From the NCBI RefSeq assembly GCF_000007225.1, contig NC_003364.1:1290001-1322000 (forward strand): a DNA stretch of 32,000 nt. The letters are read 5' to 3'. Below are positions 31,872 through 32,000 of this stretch, piece after piece (position 1 is the stretch's first letter; each line of letters starts with the position of its first letter). Source of the stretch: Pyrobaculum aerophilum str. IM2. GTDB lineage: Archaea; Thermoproteota; Thermoprotei; Thermoproteales; Thermoproteaceae. Both the position numbers and the translations under genes were made by a program. Under the pieces are notes generated by a model that saw only the letters and a list, made by a program, of their open reading frames with translations, made no database searches and was not told the DNA's origin.

Positions 31872-32000
31872 ATTGTAGTGGGTTCTTTACTCCACAGCCG
31901 AGATTTGTAGGGCACAGCCCCCAAGAGTTCATAGTTTCACAATTTGGCACGGCGTATTCCTTCCTCCCGCCGACTTGTCCCGCTATATGTTGTACTTGGT
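31837..32000 (-). CDS. 3' end of an unidentified gene running off the window (partial)
   Basis: An open minus-strand frame enters from beyond 32000: ...QVQHIAGQVGGRKEYAVPNCETMNSWGLCPTNLGCGVKNPLQYGRRVAIKKSN*. The stop is TGA at 31837-31839, overlapping the AGOG start by about 35 nt. It is too short to appear in the ORF track. Confidence 0.3.
   Translation of the reverse strand, partial: QVQHIAGQVGGRKEYAVPNCETMNSWGLCPTNLGCGVKNPLQYGRRVAIKKSN

Noticed and set aside
1-32000. Numerous antisense or shadow ORFs in the track (for example 159..395, 5614..5988, 6466..6876, 10778..11146, 13269..13586, 15113..15631, 20371..20784, 22697..23218, 27515..27826, 28918..29208). I also scanned the whole window for CRISPR repeats, IS elements or transposases, integrases and rRNA.
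   Set aside because: Each shadow ORF lies opposite a confidently identified gene and has a low-complexity Ser/Pro/Arg/Thr-rich composition. I saw no direct-repeat arrays, terminal inverted repeats, transposase-like or integrase-like ORFs, or rRNA-like sequence.

Overview
This window looks like core chromosome of a hyperthermophilic crenarchaeon of the Thermoproteales, most likely Pyrobaculum (P. aerophilum-like). The organism call is an inference from four things: an AGOG-type 8-oxoG glycosylase, a paREP2-like gene pair, TATA boxes about 25 nt upstream of many start codons (leaderless genes), and a tRNA with an intron at a non-canonical position. Content, left to right: (1) the upper mevalonate module, with hmgA divergent from a thiolase-like/DUF35/HMG-CoA synthase operon; (2) small wHTH and low-complexity proteins, rps25e, a PLD-like hypothetical, a PflX-type radical SAM enzyme, Bud32 and tRNA-Arg(CCU); (3) the archaeal exosome superoperon on the minus strand (psmA ... 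DUF54 ... SBDS-rrp4-rrp41-rrp42 ... rpl37ae-Brix-pcc1-pfdB-DUF3194-DHH), interrupted by several lineage-specific insertions; (4) topoisomerase VI B/A and a PhoU-like regulator; (5) an accessory patch with a decayed gene, an Mtq2-like methyltransferase, an HTH-membrane protein, albA and a paREP2-like pair; (6) the lower archaeal-type mevalonate module (UbiD-like decarboxylase plus AcnX large and small subunits), a coupled wHTH gene and AGOG. No rRNA, CRISPR array or intact mobile element was seen. Four observations stand out. First, the operon thiolase carries substitutions at all three catalytic positions, so it is a candidate pseudoenzyme. Second, four reading-frame breaks sit exactly on mononucleotide runs, in the paREP2 locus and in a 600-nt insertion that splits rrp42 from rpl37ae. 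Third, an ABC/AAA_21-like ATPase with degenerate motifs is inserted antisense in the superoperon. Fourth, there are several unusually long ORF-free stretches. All homology calls are by-eye motif recognition and no database search was possible.
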